The notes: generated by a model from the letters alone, not told the origin. Positions 45,626 to 55,231 are shown, numbered from the stretch's first letter. The stretch is DNA of 61,227 nt from Planctomycetota bacterium (GCA_039188455.1 JBCCZA010000001.1:1-61227); one strand, 5' to 3'. Numbers and translations are program-made.

Positions 45626-46822
45626 TCACGGCGTGGGCTTGGCGGTCTCGCGCACCGTGTCGAGCAGCGGGGCCAGGGCATCGAGCGTGGCGGGGCGGTC
45701 GAGGGCGTAGCCGGTGTGCGTGGCGGGGTCGTGATAGAGGTCCCACTCGTAGAGGACGAGCCCGGCGAGGCGGTCGGTCGGGGCCGTGTTGGTTGAGCGC
45801 TGTTCGGCGAGCGCCGGCGCCCACGCCTCGGCGAGCAGGCGATAGGCGCGGGCCTGGGCGGCGGTGTCGAGCGTGCCGTCGCCCAGCAAGTAGTTCCACG
45901 GGTCGCGCAGCGCCCACGGCAGTGCCGGGTAGCCGACCTCGGTGACGAGCAGGGGCATGTCGAGCCGTGTGGCGTACTCGTCCAGCTCGCGTCGGATGCG
46001 CTGCCAGCGATCCAGCACCTCGGCGTCGGTCGTCCGGTCGCGGTTAGCGGCGGTGCGGGTCAGGTCCCAGTACCCGGAGATGCCGATGACGTCGAGCTCG
46101 TGCCAGCTCGGGAACGACGCGTAGGCGTCCCAGTTGGTCGAGTAATACAGCGTGCCAGAGAATCGCTCGCGTGCGATGGCGATCGTCTCGGCCCAGGCGT
46201 CGGCCTGCTGCGGTTGCTGCGTGGTGAGCAGCTCGCAGCCGACAGACAGGGCGTCGGCGTTGCTCTCAGCGGCGAGGTCGGCGTACTGGGCCAAGGCGTC
46301 GCGATAGCCGGCCCACCACGTCGGCCAGTCGGGCGGCAGCAGCTTGCCGCGCCACTCGTTGCCACGCGGGTGGGTGAAGTTGACCTGCATCATGAGCGCG
46401 GTGGTCAGACCGCGCTGCCTGGCGTGGGTGAGGGCGAGGCGGAGGGTGTCGTCCGTCGGGCCGTGCAGGCGGGCGACGATGCGGGCGGGTGCGGCGGCCG
46501 CGCCGTCGCGCTGGAAGACGGGCGTGACGACCTGCAGGGTGTTGAAGCCGAGGTCGGCGATGCGGTCGATCGCGGCGGTCAGCGGCGCGGGGTCGTCGAG
46601 GTGGTAGAGGTTGATCGACACGCCGAGAACGGGGCGCGGCAGGGCGTCCTCGGCGGGAGGTCCTGGCGTGGCGGGTGCGTCGGCCGTCGTCACGCCGCTG
46701 ACAGTCGAGACGGCGTGCGTGCTAGCGCACGAGGTCACCGCCGCGGTCGCGTAGGCCGCGACGGCGACGGCAACGAGCAGGGCCAGCCCGGCGTCGGTAA
46801 GGCGTTGCATCGTGCGGGGCAT
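45626..46822 (-). CDS. secreted TIM-barrel glycoside-hydrolase-like protein (clan GH-A-like)
   Basis: Signal peptide (LALLVAVAVAAYATAAVTSC). LGFNTLQV, candidate acid/base GCELL, candidate nucleophile LLVTEVGYP. The family number cannot be assigned by eye. Confidence 0.5.
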   Translation of the reverse strand: MPRTMQRLTDAGLALLVAVAVAAYATAAVTSCASTHAVSTVSGVTTADAPATPGPPAEDALPRPVLGVSINLYHLDDPAPLTAAIDRIADLGFNTLQVVTPVFQRDGAAAAPARIVARLHGPTDDTLRLALTHARQRGLTTALMMQVNFTHPRGNEWRGKLLPPDWPTWWAGYRDALAQYADLAAESNADALSVGCELLTTQQPQQADAWAETIAIARERFSGTLYYSTNWDAYASFPSWHELDVIGISGYWDLTRTAANRDRTTDAEVLDRWQRIRRELDEYATRLDMPLLVTEVGYPALPWALRDPWNYLLGDGTLDTAAQARAYRLLAEAWAPALAEQRSTNTAPTDRLAGLVLYEWDLYHDPATHTGYALDRPATLDALAPLLDTVRETAKPTP

Positions 46823-46844
46823 CGCCGTGTCTGACTCGAGCGGC

Positions 46845-48725
46845 TTACTGCGGGGCGCGAGGCGTGCCGCCGCCGCCCATGCCGTTGGCCGCCCCAGGGC
46901 CGCCGCCCATCATCGCCTGGATCTGCATCGCCTCCTCGGCGATGAACGCGAGCGAGTCCACCGGCAGGGTGAGCTCGACGATCATCTGCCCTTTGGAGGC
47001 GCCCATCGACATCCCGAGCGGCGCGATGTCGGCCGGGACCTCGATCGCGGGCAGGCCGAACATCGGCAGGTAGCTGTTGGCCATGGCCCCGACGCCCTGC
47101 AGGCTGAGGAAGCCGGCCACGGCCCGGTCGGGCACGTCGTCGTTCGCTAGGGCCGTCTGAGTGGGGCCATCGGCCGCGAGCCCCTCGCCGGCACCCTCGA
47201 CGGTGGCGGTGAGCAGGGCGATGTCCGAGCCGGTGGTGACGTACGCCTTGCCGTCGTTGGCACCGACGTAGCCGGCGTAGGCCTGCTGCATCATGCCGGC
47301 CATCGGGCCCATCTGCTGCATCAGCTCGGGCGGCATCTGCTGGGCCATCGACCACTCGGACAGGCTGACCCCGCCGAGCGTCAGCGCGTCGGGCGTGAGG
47401 CTGGCCTGAGTGATCATGTCGGCGGTGGTCATCTCGCCACCCTCACCGGGGACCGGCACGGGCATGGCGACGCCGTCGACTTCCTTGATGTAATGCTCGA
47501 AGGCGTCGATGAACGCGCCGTCATCGTCGACGTCGTAGACGGCGGCGACGTTGAATAGGCCGGACAAGCCCATGGCCGGCTGGTTGGGCACGTACATGCC
47601 CATCGCACCGCCGCTCGCCTGCTTAAGCATCGGGATCGACGCCTCGTACATCTTGCGTTGGGCCGTGGCGTCCTCGGGCAGGGCGTCGGTGAGTTGCTGG
47701 GTGAGCTCGGCCATGTCGACGCCGGTGAAGTCCATGCCGAAGGCCAGCAGGTAGGGCATGTCCGGCAGCGCGGCGAACTTGGACGCGACGGGCTGGGCGG
47801 GCTTGTCGGTGAGGATCAGCGAGGCGGATGCATCGACGGCGAACTTGGCGCACAGGCCGAGCTTGATGTCGTCGCCGGCGAGATCGAGCGACATGACCGC
47901 GGCTTCGGCGCCGGACGCGAGGTTGGCCATCCACACCATCGACGACATGTTGGCCGCCATCGCGTTCGCCGCGGCCGGGTCCATCCCCGGGTTGCCCATC
48001 ATCGCGCCGTCCAGCGCCTCGGCCTGCTCGGCCATCGCCGGGCCCAGCGTGGCCATGTCGACCACGAGCATCACGTCGGGCGTGGCCGTCAGCCGGCCGG
48101 CGTAGTCGCCCGCCGCCGTGACCAGCTGCTTCGCGCGGTCCGACGGCGCGTAACCGGTCACGGCCGCCTCGTTGTTGCCGACGACCGCGTAGTCGCCGGA
48201 CTGCCGCACGAACGCCTCGCTGCCGTCGGTGAGCACCAGCGGGGTCACGCCCGTCGCCGAGGCCCCACCCAGGCTGCTGACGAACGCCCCGTAGTCCTCG
48301 ACCGGCACGAACACCATCGAGGTCATCAGCGAGTCGTCCTGCATCGACATCGCCTCGGCCGCGTTGCCCATGGCCATCGCCAGCGGCTTGGCGTCGTCCA
48401 CGCCCTGCGGGTTGCCGAGCTGGCTCATCATCGTGTCCAGGATGTTCTGCGCCCCGGGCATCGGCATGCCCATGCGCTCGCTGAGCGTGGCGATGCGGTC
48501 GGACATGCCCTTGGGATCGGGCACGACCATGAGGATCTCGACGTCCTCGGGGGCCATGGTCATCACGTCGGCCGCGGCGGGTCGGGCCGGCATCGCGACG
48601 GCGGCGGCGGCCAGCACGGCCGTGCCCAGCGTGCCCGTCAGCCACGCTCGGAGGTCGCGGCGGCGGGAAACGGTCGGGATCGCTCGGGACGCGCGACGCA
48701 CTCGGCGGACGGGAGAGGCAGGCAT
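46845..48725 (-). CDS. methionine-rich secreted protein with Tat-like signal
   Basis: N-terminus SRRRDLRAWLTGTLGTAVLAAAAVAMPARPAAA. 55 Met in 626 aa by my count, in clusters such as ERMGMPMPG, LAMAMGNAAEAMSMQ, MAQQMPPELMQQMGPMAGMMQQ, AMQIQAMMGGG. No family recognised. Confidence 0.65.
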   Translation of the reverse strand: MPASPVRRVRRASRAIPTVSRRRDLRAWLTGTLGTAVLAAAAVAMPARPAAADVMTMAPEDVEILMVVPDPKGMSDRIATLSERMGMPMPGAQNILDTMMSQLGNPQGVDDAKPLAMAMGNAAEAMSMQDDSLMTSMVFVPVEDYGAFVSSLGGASATGVTPLVLTDGSEAFVRQSGDYAVVGNNEAAVTGYAPSDRAKQLVTAAGDYAGRLTATPDVMLVVDMATLGPAMAEQAEALDGAMMGNPGMDPAAANAMAANMSSMVWMANLASGAEAAVMSLDLAGDDIKLGLCAKFAVDASASLILTDKPAQPVASKFAALPDMPYLLAFGMDFTGVDMAELTQQLTDALPEDATAQRKMYEASIPMLKQASGGAMGMYVPNQPAMGLSGLFNVAAVYDVDDDGAFIDAFEHYIKEVDGVAMPVPVPGEGGEMTTADMITQASLTPDALTLGGVSLSEWSMAQQMPPELMQQMGPMAGMMQQAYAGYVGANDGKAYVTTGSDIALLTATVEGAGEGLAADGPTQTALANDDVPDRAVAGFLSLQGVGAMANSYLPMFGLPAIEVPADIAPLGMSMGASKGQMIVELTLPVDSLAFIAEEAMQIQAMMGGGPGAANGMGGGGTPRAPQ

Positions 48726-48784
48726 GGGCGGCTCCGCTGTGGGGAAGTCAAGAATCGCCGATCGCCCACGGCGATGGCACGCGG

Positions 48785-50086
48785 ATGGTACGGGCTAACG
48801 GCGTCGCAGGGTCGCATACCATCGATCACGTGACCGCAAGGCTGACACAACCCGATGATCAGGTCACCGAGGCCCTCGCGACCGGCGTCCGTGACGCGGT
48901 CGCGGCGATCGAGCCGGGCCGAGGCCGCAAGGCGCTGGTCGCGATGTCGGGCGGGGTCGACAGCTCGGTCGCGGCGGCGCTCTTGCAGCGGGCCGGCTGG
49001 GACGTGGTGGGTGCGTTCATGCGCCTCGGCAGCGACGACTCGATCGAGGCGGCCCAGGGCTACGACAACCTCTTCGACGGCTGCGCGACCGACCCGACCA
49101 AGCCCAAGCCCGCCGGCGGCCGGCACCAGGGCTGCTGCTCGGTCAACGACGCGGCCGACGCCCGCCTCGTCGCGGCCCACCTCGGCGTGCCGTTCTACGT
49201 CATCAACTTCAAGCGCGACTTCGGCCGCGTGATCGACTACTTCGTCGACGAGTACAACGCCGGCCGCACGCCCAACCCCTGCGTGCGGTGCAACGACTGG
49301 CTGAAGTTCGGCCGGCTGCACGACTACGCCGCATCGATCGGCGCCGAGTACGTCGCGTCCGGGCACTACGCCCGGGTCGGGCGTGACGGCGCCGGCCGGG
49401 CCACGCTGACCCGCGGGCTCGACGCCGGCAAGGACCAGTCGTACGTGCTGTTCGGCACGACGCCGGCGAAGCTGGAGCGGATGCTGCTCCCGATCGGCGG
49501 GCTGCAGAAGTCGGCCGTGCGCGGGCTGGCCGAGGCGATGGGCCTGCCGGTGTTCGACAAGCCCGACTCACAGGAGATCTGCTTCGTGCCCGACCGCGAC
49601 TACGCCCGGCTGGTCGAGCGGCGGACCGACGGCGGGTTCGAGCAGGGCGAGATCGTCGACACGGACGGCACGGTGCTCGGCACGCACGGCGGGCAGCAGC
49701 GCTTCACCATCGGCCAACGGCGCGGGCTCGATCTCGCGATGGGTTACCCGATCTACGTCGTCGACAAGGACGCGGAAACCAACCGGGTGACGGTGGGCGG
49801 CAAGACGGACCTCGCGGCGATCGGCTGCGTGGCCGGCAAGGTCAATTGGCTGGACGGCGAGCCGCCGGGCGATTGGCGGTCTTGCGGCGTCAAGGTGCGC
49901 TACAACGGCGGGGAGGGCTCGGGGCGTGTCCGGTTGATGTGGCCTACCGCCGATGACGGCAGCGACCTGATCGAACTGCGGTTCGACGAGCCGATCGAGG
50001 CGGTCACGCCGGGGCAGGCGGTCGTCTGCTACGACGGCGACCGCGTGCTGGGCGGGGCTTGGATCGACCACGCGTTGAGGCGTTGA
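48785..50086 (+). CDS. mnmA: tRNA 2-thiouridine(34) synthase MnmA
   Basis: PP-loop ALVAMSGGVDSSVAA, catalytic-Cys region HQGCCS, RTPNPCVRCN, KDQSYVL, DSQEICF. An N-terminal extension is possible; an alternative GTG lies at 48833. Confidence 0.9.
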   Translation: MVRANGVAGSHTIDHVTARLTQPDDQVTEALATGVRDAVAAIEPGRGRKALVAMSGGVDSSVAAALLQRAGWDVVGAFMRLGSDDSIEAAQGYDNLFDGCATDPTKPKPAGGRHQGCCSVNDAADARLVAAHLGVPFYVINFKRDFGRVIDYFVDEYNAGRTPNPCVRCNDWLKFGRLHDYAASIGAEYVASGHYARVGRDGAGRATLTRGLDAGKDQSYVLFGTTPAKLERMLLPIGGLQKSAVRGLAEAMGLPVFDKPDSQEICFVPDRDYARLVERRTDGGFEQGEIVDTDGTVLGTHGGQQRFTIGQRRGLDLAMGYPIYVVDKDAETNRVTVGGKTDLAAIGCVAGKVNWLDGEPPGDWRSCGVKVRYNGGEGSGRVRLMWPTADDGSDLIELRFDEPIEAVTPGQAVVCYDGDRVLGGAWIDHALRR

Positions 50087-50119
50087 ACCGGCCCGCTTCC
50101 TCCACGTAATATCTGAGAC

Positions 50120-50551
50120 GTGCGGACGATCGCGGTCATGGTGCTGTGTGTTCAACTGGCCTTGCCTGGCGCGGCATGGGCGGCATGCGGTGTGGGTGTC
50201 AGCCCGGCCGGCATGGCTCGGTCGACGGCCGCGGCCTACGGCGACCACGGCGTCACCTCGGCGGGCAACGCTTGCTGCGCGCTGTGCGAGCTCGCCAACG
50301 TCTGTCTCATGAACGGGCGGGACGATCGCGAGCCTTCGCCCGAGCCTCGCACGACGCCCAACGCCCCCACGCGCTTGCCGTCTGACTTGCTGCGGGGCGC
50401 CCAGCCGCCCGCGTACGAGGCCTGGGACGCGACGCCGGGCGCCTGCGTCCGACTCTCCGAGGTGGTGGCGTCGCGCACCGAGATCGACGCGGCGTGGTCG
50501 GCGTTCTCCGCGACGTCGCGGTGTTCCATCGCCTGCGTGTGGTTGACGTAG
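50120..50551 (+). CDS. small secreted Cys-rich hypothetical protein
   Basis: GTG 50120. Signal peptide IAVMVLCVQLALPGAAWAA. Motif GDHGVTSAGNACCALCELANVC. Third codon positions are almost all G/C in this frame, which supports coding. No family assigned with confidence. Confidence 0.45.
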   Translation: MRTIAVMVLCVQLALPGAAWAACGVGVSPAGMARSTAAAYGDHGVTSAGNACCALCELANVCLMNGRDDREPSPEPRTTPNAPTRLPSDLLRGAQPPAYEAWDATPGACVRLSEVVASRTEIDAAWSAFSATSRCSIACVWLT

Positions 50552-50633
50552 CGGGCGTGCACTCCCGCCGATGACGCGTGGTCGTCGGCGGCGTGTGTCG
50601 CGTTCCCGTCACTACTCATGCAGGAGATTCCTC

Positions 50634-51311
50634 GTGCAAGCTCGCTCACTTGTTAACGCGATCAGCCGTCGTGCCGCGGTGATCGTTGTGTTCTCAGTCT
50701 CGTCGTTGCTCATGGCCGCCGGCTGCGAGACGATACCTACCACCGGTTCCACGACCTCGACGGATGCGGGCGAGGTGGCCGGCGAGACCGTCGCGTTCGA
50801 CGTTGCCGGGCTCAGCTGTCCGCTCTGCGCTCACAGCCTCAACAAGCAGTTCGACCGGATGCCCGGCGTGCTCGATCACAAGGTCGACCTGAGTACCGGA
50901 CGCGTGGTTCTCACGCTGTCGGACGGACCGGATCGTCCGACGTGGCAAGCCATCGAGCGTGCCGTGAGCGACGGCGGCTTCACCCTGGCAACGGGCCCGC
51001 TGGATGCCGAGGCCATCGCCGTCGCCCGCCGCGACATCGCGGTGGCCGACGCGATCGAGGCCCACGGCGCGACCATCTACGTCGCCGGCCCCGTCGATGC
51101 CGAGTCGGCCGACGCCATGCGGTCGCAGCTGTCCATCATCGATGGCGTGTCCGAGGTGACCCCGCGCCTCGACGAGAGTCGGTTTCACGTGGCGTTCACC
51201 GAGGCCGGCCGCGTCGGCGAGACGCAGCTCCGCGACGCGGTCGAGCTGTTCGGCTACACCGTGACCGACGTGATCCCCGACGGCGACACGGTCGAAGGAG
51301 GCGCCTCGTGA
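50634..51311 (+). CDS. lipoprotein with heavy-metal-associated (HMA) domain plus a second, Cys-less HMA-like domain
   Basis: GTG 50634 follows GGAGA. Lipobox-like LLMAAGC. HMA fold with GLSCPLCAHSLNKQFDRMPGV (CxxC). Second ferredoxin-like repeat IYVAGPVDAESADAMRSQLSIIDGVSEV lacks the Cys pair. Confidence 0.7.
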   Translation: MQARSLVNAISRRAAVIVVFSVSSLLMAAGCETIPTTGSTTSTDAGEVAGETVAFDVAGLSCPLCAHSLNKQFDRMPGVLDHKVDLSTGRVVLTLSDGPDRPTWQAIERAVSDGGFTLATGPLDAEAIAVARRDIAVADAIEAHGATIYVAGPVDAESADAMRSQLSIIDGVSEVTPRLDESRFHVAFTEAGRVGETQLRDAVELFGYTVTDVIPDGDTVEGGAS

Positions 51312-52177
51312 CAACGATCCGCCCCTATACGGCGGCCCTCATCGCGGCGGTCGGCACGCTCCTGCCGACCGTCGCCGTGTCGGCTCAGCAGGCGACCAAC
51401 CAGGCCTCGGCCACCCAGCCCGGCAAGGGCGTGTGGGTGTTCCGCGAACGGCTGGCGTACATGCGATTCGAGAATGCGCCCGACGACGGCGGGGGCACGC
51501 AGGATGTCGATCAGTTCTCCGCCGAGTCGATCCTGGCGTACGGGATCACCGGCGACCTGGCCGTGATGGCCCACCTGCCGGCCAAGGTCCGCTGGTTCAC
51601 GCGCGGCCGGGACTCGGCGCTGGGCGATCGTCGCGACGTCGACGGCGGCCTGGCCGACTGGACGCTGATGGGCCAGTGGCGGTTCCTGCGTGTCGATCGC
51701 GTCGGCATCGACACCGCGCGCTATGCCATGCAGTTCGGCGTCGAGGGCCCGAGCTACAACGAGGCGTTGTCCAGCGAGTCGTTCGACCCCTTCATCGGCC
51801 TTAGCACGACCCATATCGTCGGTCGCCACGGCTTCGGCGGCGGCGTCCGCTACAAGTTCAACACCGACAGCGTGCCCAACCCCGTCGAGATCGGCGACGG
51901 CGGCGACGGCTACCTCACGGCCGACCTGTCCTACCTCTACCGCCTATCCCCCGAGGCCTACGGGTCCGAGCCCGAGGGCAGCACCTACGCGCAGATCGAG
52001 CTCAACGCGCGGTACGAGGTCGACGGCGATCGGCAGAATCTCATCGCGCCCGGCCTGCTGTACGAGGCGCCGACCTGGGCGGCCGAGATCAGTGTGCAAG
52101 TGCCGATCGATCAGCGCACGACCGACACGGCCGACCTGCGCGTCAGCGTGGTGGCGGGGGTGCGGCTGCTGTTCTGA
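51308..52177 (+). CDS. putative outer-membrane beta-barrel protein
   Basis: GTG 51308 in a GTGA overlap with the HMA gene stop. Signal peptide ALIAAVGTLLPTVAVSAQQ. Alternating-hydrophobic strands, and a C-terminal VVAGVRLLF ending in Phe (OMP beta-signal). Confidence 0.55.
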   Translation: MTTIRPYTAALIAAVGTLLPTVAVSAQQATNQASATQPGKGVWVFRERLAYMRFENAPDDGGGTQDVDQFSAESILAYGITGDLAVMAHLPAKVRWFTRGRDSALGDRRDVDGGLADWTLMGQWRFLRVDRVGIDTARYAMQFGVEGPSYNEALSSESFDPFIGLSTTHIVGRHGFGGGVRYKFNTDSVPNPVEIGDGGDGYLTADLSYLYRLSPEAYGSEPEGSTYAQIELNARYEVDGDRQNLIAPGLLYEAPTWAAEISVQVPIDQRTTDTADLRVSVVAGVRLLF

Positions 52178-52193
52178 CGGACGCCGTCGGCGC

Positions 52194-53045
52194 TCAGGGC
52201 CCGTACTCGCTGGCGGCGCGGCCGGACTTGTCGCGGACGCCGAGCTTGCTGAGCAGTCCTCGGCGAAGGCGTTGCGGACCCTTGCTGATCCGCCGCCACA
52301 GGCGCACGGCCGCGGGGCGCAGGCGGTTTAGTTCCTCCTCGCCGCCGGGGTACAGGTCCGGTCGCGTGCGCAGCTTGTGCTTCATCAGGTGGTAGCGGTC
52401 GCTGCGTTGCAGCAGCCTGAGCAGCCAGCCGAGCGTGTATCGGCCGAGCGGCAGCCAGCGCGGGATGGCGAAGTGGATCTGGAAGTCGATCAACGCTGGG
52501 TGGCCGTCGGGCGTGACGATGATGTTGTCGGCTTTGTCCATGTCGACGTAAGCGACGCCCTGGGCGTGCAGCGCGTCGATGATTGCGTCGAGCTCATCGA
52601 AGAAAGTGTCTGACACCTCGTGATCGAGGCGGTAATCCTTGAGCGTGTCACCGGCGAGGAACTCGCGGGCGGCGGTCGCGGGGTCGGGTTGCGTGTGGTC
52701 TCGGCCGGGGCGTTGCCAGGCGACGGGGCCGAGGTCGTTGGGGATGCCGGCGACGTTGGCGGTGCGGTGCAGCAGGTGGGTCTCGCGGCGGGTCAGCGCT
52801 CGGCCGGCCCAGCCCATCGGGATCGGGCCAACCCACGCGCGGCGGGAGAACTTGACGATTGCGCGGCGGTCATCGTCGGCCTCGTCGGCGAAGAGGCAGG
52901 TCGCGGCCCATGCGTCGTGCTTGTAGAGCTTGAGCCGGCGGAACGGCCGGCCGGCGACCTCGACGCGGTCGGGCGGGTCGCGCCTGCCCATCGCGCGCAG
53001 CCACGGCGGGCGGGGCTTGCGGTCGGGCGTCGGGTCGCTCGGCAT
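52194..53045 (-). CDS. atypical protein-kinase-fold protein (Kdo/WaaP lipopolysaccharide-kinase or RIO-like)
   Basis: AIVKFSRR (VAIK-like Lys), catalytic-loop-like AYVDMDKADNIIV, and LIDFQ in place of DFG. Confidence 0.55.
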   Translation of the reverse strand: MPSDPTPDRKPRPPWLRAMGRRDPPDRVEVAGRPFRRLKLYKHDAWAATCLFADEADDDRRAIVKFSRRAWVGPIPMGWAGRALTRRETHLLHRTANVAGIPNDLGPVAWQRPGRDHTQPDPATAAREFLAGDTLKDYRLDHEVSDTFFDELDAIIDALHAQGVAYVDMDKADNIIVTPDGHPALIDFQIHFAIPRWLPLGRYTLGWLLRLLQRSDRYHLMKHKLRTRPDLYPGGEEELNRLRPAAVRLWRRISKGPQRLRRGLLSKLGVRDKSGRAASEYGP

Positions 53046-53082
53046 CGCGCGAGTGTATCGCTGGGCGGGGTTGGCTCGTTGG

Positions 53083-54300
53083 CTACTCGGCCGGCGTCTC
53101 GGTCGGTGTCGGGGTCGCGGGGGGCTGGAGCGTGTCGAGCAGCAGCGGGTACGCGAGCATGGTTGAGCCGTCGCGCGTCGAGAGGATGCTGAGGGTCACG
53201 ATCGGCGGGGAGGTGCCCCAGTCGATCTCGACGGTGCCGAAGTTGGGGTGGCGATAGGCGAAGTCGGAGCCGATGCGGTGGCGGTTGGGCTCGCGGTTGA
53301 CGCTGGGGCTGCCCTGGTTGAGGCCGCTGGAGGTCAGGTCGAACAGCGGGTACGACGCGTCGACGCGGTCGGCCGAGAGCTCCCAGTGGTGGCGATCGCC
53401 GGTGAGGAAGACGACGCCGTTGGCCTGGGTCTCGGTGATGAGGTCGAAGAGGCGTTGGCGTTGGAGGGGGAAGTTGGCCCACTTCTCGAAGCGGTGCTCG
53501 CCGGCGACGACCTGGATCGAGCTGGCGATGAGCCGCAGGTCGGCCGGCTCGCGGAGCTTGGCTTCCAGCCATCGCCACTGCTCGTCGCCGAGCACGGTGG
53601 CGGCGGGGTCGTCGTTGGGGACGTAGTGGCGTCGGCCGTCGATCTGCTCGACGACCATGGGGCTGCGGAAGAAGCGGGTGTCGAGCAGGATGACCTGGGT
53701 GCGTCGCCCCGGCGGGCCGAAGGCCCAGGCGCCGTAGACGCCGTCGCGCGATCGGCGGGGCGAGTCGGCGGGGTCGCCGAAGAAGTCGAGCAGCGCCGCC
53801 TGGCTGTCGGCCTTGAACGGCAGCTCGACGCCGGCGTCGTTGAGCCCGAAGTCGTGGTCGTCCCAGGTGGCGAGGATCGGCACCTCGGCGTAAAGGGCGG
53901 CGAACCCGGGGCGGGCGGCCAGCTCGGCGTAGGCCGTGTGGATGTCGTCGATCGTGACCGGGCGTTCGCGGCGGTCGAGGTCGGCGTACATGTTGTCGCC
54001 GATGAAGAGGAACAGGTCCGGCCGATCGTCGAGGACGGCGGTGAAGGGGTTGAAGTCGTTGGCGCGTTGGGCGTCGTTGTAGCCGCCGGTCTGGTTGAAG
54101 CAGGAGCCGAAGGCGATGCGGGTGAGCACGGCGTCGGCGTCGGGCAAGGTGGCGGGGGCGGGCAGCTCGGGCTGGGGCGTGGCGGTGTCCGTCGATGGTT
54201 GTGCGGTGGCGGGTTGGGTGGCCTGAGTGGCCGCGGGCGTGGCGAACGCTACGGCGGTGGCGATCGCCAGGAAACACGCGGCTGAATTGGCGAGCGGCAT
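53083..54300 (-). CDS. phoD: alkaline phosphatase D family protein (PhoD-like metallophosphatase)
   Basis: Signal peptide. RIAFGSCFNQ, FLFIGDNMYAD, TWDDHDFGLNDAG, FLTGDRHHWE. Confidence 0.8.
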   Translation of the reverse strand: MPLANSAACFLAIATAVAFATPAATQATQPATAQPSTDTATPQPELPAPATLPDADAVLTRIAFGSCFNQTGGYNDAQRANDFNPFTAVLDDRPDLFLFIGDNMYADLDRRERPVTIDDIHTAYAELAARPGFAALYAEVPILATWDDHDFGLNDAGVELPFKADSQAALLDFFGDPADSPRRSRDGVYGAWAFGPPGRRTQVILLDTRFFRSPMVVEQIDGRRHYVPNDDPAATVLGDEQWRWLEAKLREPADLRLIASSIQVVAGEHRFEKWANFPLQRQRLFDLITETQANGVVFLTGDRHHWELSADRVDASYPLFDLTSSGLNQGSPSVNREPNRHRIGSDFAYRHPNFGTVEIDWGTSPPIVTLSILSTRDGSTMLAYPLLLDTLQPPATPTPTETPAE

Positions 54301-54356
54301 GGCCGGAGTCTAGCTTGGGGGTGGTGCGATCTTCGACCGGCGGCGGAGCGTTCACG

Positions 54357-54800
54357 ATGAGCTTGCGCAAGGGCGTCACGGGGGGCGGGCGGCGTAAGGC
54401 CGCGGCGTCGCGGATCGGCCGGTCCGGCCGACGGGGCGAGGCGATCGCGGCGCGGCACCTGCGTCGGTCGGGCTATCGCGTCGTCGGCCGCAACGTGCAG
54501 ACGCGCGTCGGCGAGATCGACCTGCTGGCCCGCACGCCGGACGGGGCGGTGCTGGTGGTGATCGAGGTCAAGACACGAGACGCGGACGCCGAGGGGATCG
54601 CGCCCGAGCGGCGTGTCGGGTCGAGCAAGCAGGCCAAGCTGCGCCAGCTCGCCGGGGCGCTTCTGCGTCAGCCACGGTACCGCGGTGCGGCGGTGCGGAT
54701 CGACGTCGTGGGCGTGGACCTGCCGCCCCCGAGTTGGCGGGACTGGTTCGGGCTGACGCGTGCGACGGTGAGGCACTTCCCGGATGCCGTGCGTTGCTGA
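54357..54800 (+). CDS. yraN: YraN family (UPF0102) endonuclease-like protein
   Basis: GRRGEAIAARHLRRSGYRVVGRNVQTRVGEIDLLARTPDGAVLVVIEVKTR is the YraN signature. Start ATG 54357. Confidence 0.8.
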   Translation: MSLRKGVTGGGRRKAAASRIGRSGRRGEAIAARHLRRSGYRVVGRNVQTRVGEIDLLARTPDGAVLVVIEVKTRDADAEGIAPERRVGSSKQAKLRQLAGALLRQPRYRGAAVRIDVVGVDLPPPSWRDWFGLTRATVRHFPDAVRC

Positions 54801-54803
54801 GGG

Positions 54804-55208
54804 TCAGGGGTCGAGGATGGCGAGCACGATGAAGAAAAGGACCACCAGCGCCTGCAGGGCAAACAGCGCTACGCCGATCCAGCCCAGCACGACGCCGATC
54901 GTCGCCATGACTCTCTGGTCGGCCGGGGCCCGCCCTTCGGCGATGGCGCGTTTGGCCCGGCCGTACATCCACACGGCGACGAACCCCAGCGGCGTGCAGC
55001 CCGCGACGAACGACAGGCAGCCGAAGATGAGGCACAGCAGCGCCGAGCTGTCGCTGCCGGCCACGACCGTGGAGGCGCGGATCGATTCGTGGACGTCCGA
55101 GCCGCACTCGGGGCACTTGCCGCCGATCGCCGTGCCGCTGAGGTCGTAGCCGCACTCTGCGCATAGGACGCGGGAGTCTTCGACGCGGGCGGGGTGAGTG
55201 TCGGTCAT
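54804..55208 (-). CDS. zinc-ribbon + DUF4190-like membrane protein (paralogue A)
   Basis: Start ATG 55208. CAECGYDLSGTAIGGKCPECG, then two TM helices flanking RAKRAIAEGRAP. Confidence 0.7.
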   Translation of the reverse strand: MTDTHPARVEDSRVLCAECGYDLSGTAIGGKCPECGSDVHESIRASTVVAGSDSSALLCLIFGCLSFVAGCTPLGFVAVWMYGRAKRAIAEGRAPADQRVMATIGVVLGWIGVALFALQALVVLFFIVLAILDP

Positions 55209-55231
55209 CGGTGGGTCTCGAGGGTCGTCGA

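Noticed and set aside
52793-54379. 528-aa Arg/Pro-rich ORF, and similar ones (55512..57056, 44749..45681, 26028..27098, 11390..12694, 1573..2385 and others)
   Set aside because: All are alternative frames of genes with clear family signatures (PhoD, PabB, DegT, GTs, Wzc, flavodoxin). Their composition (R/P/A/G > 60%) is the expected artefact of off-frame translation at ~70% GC.
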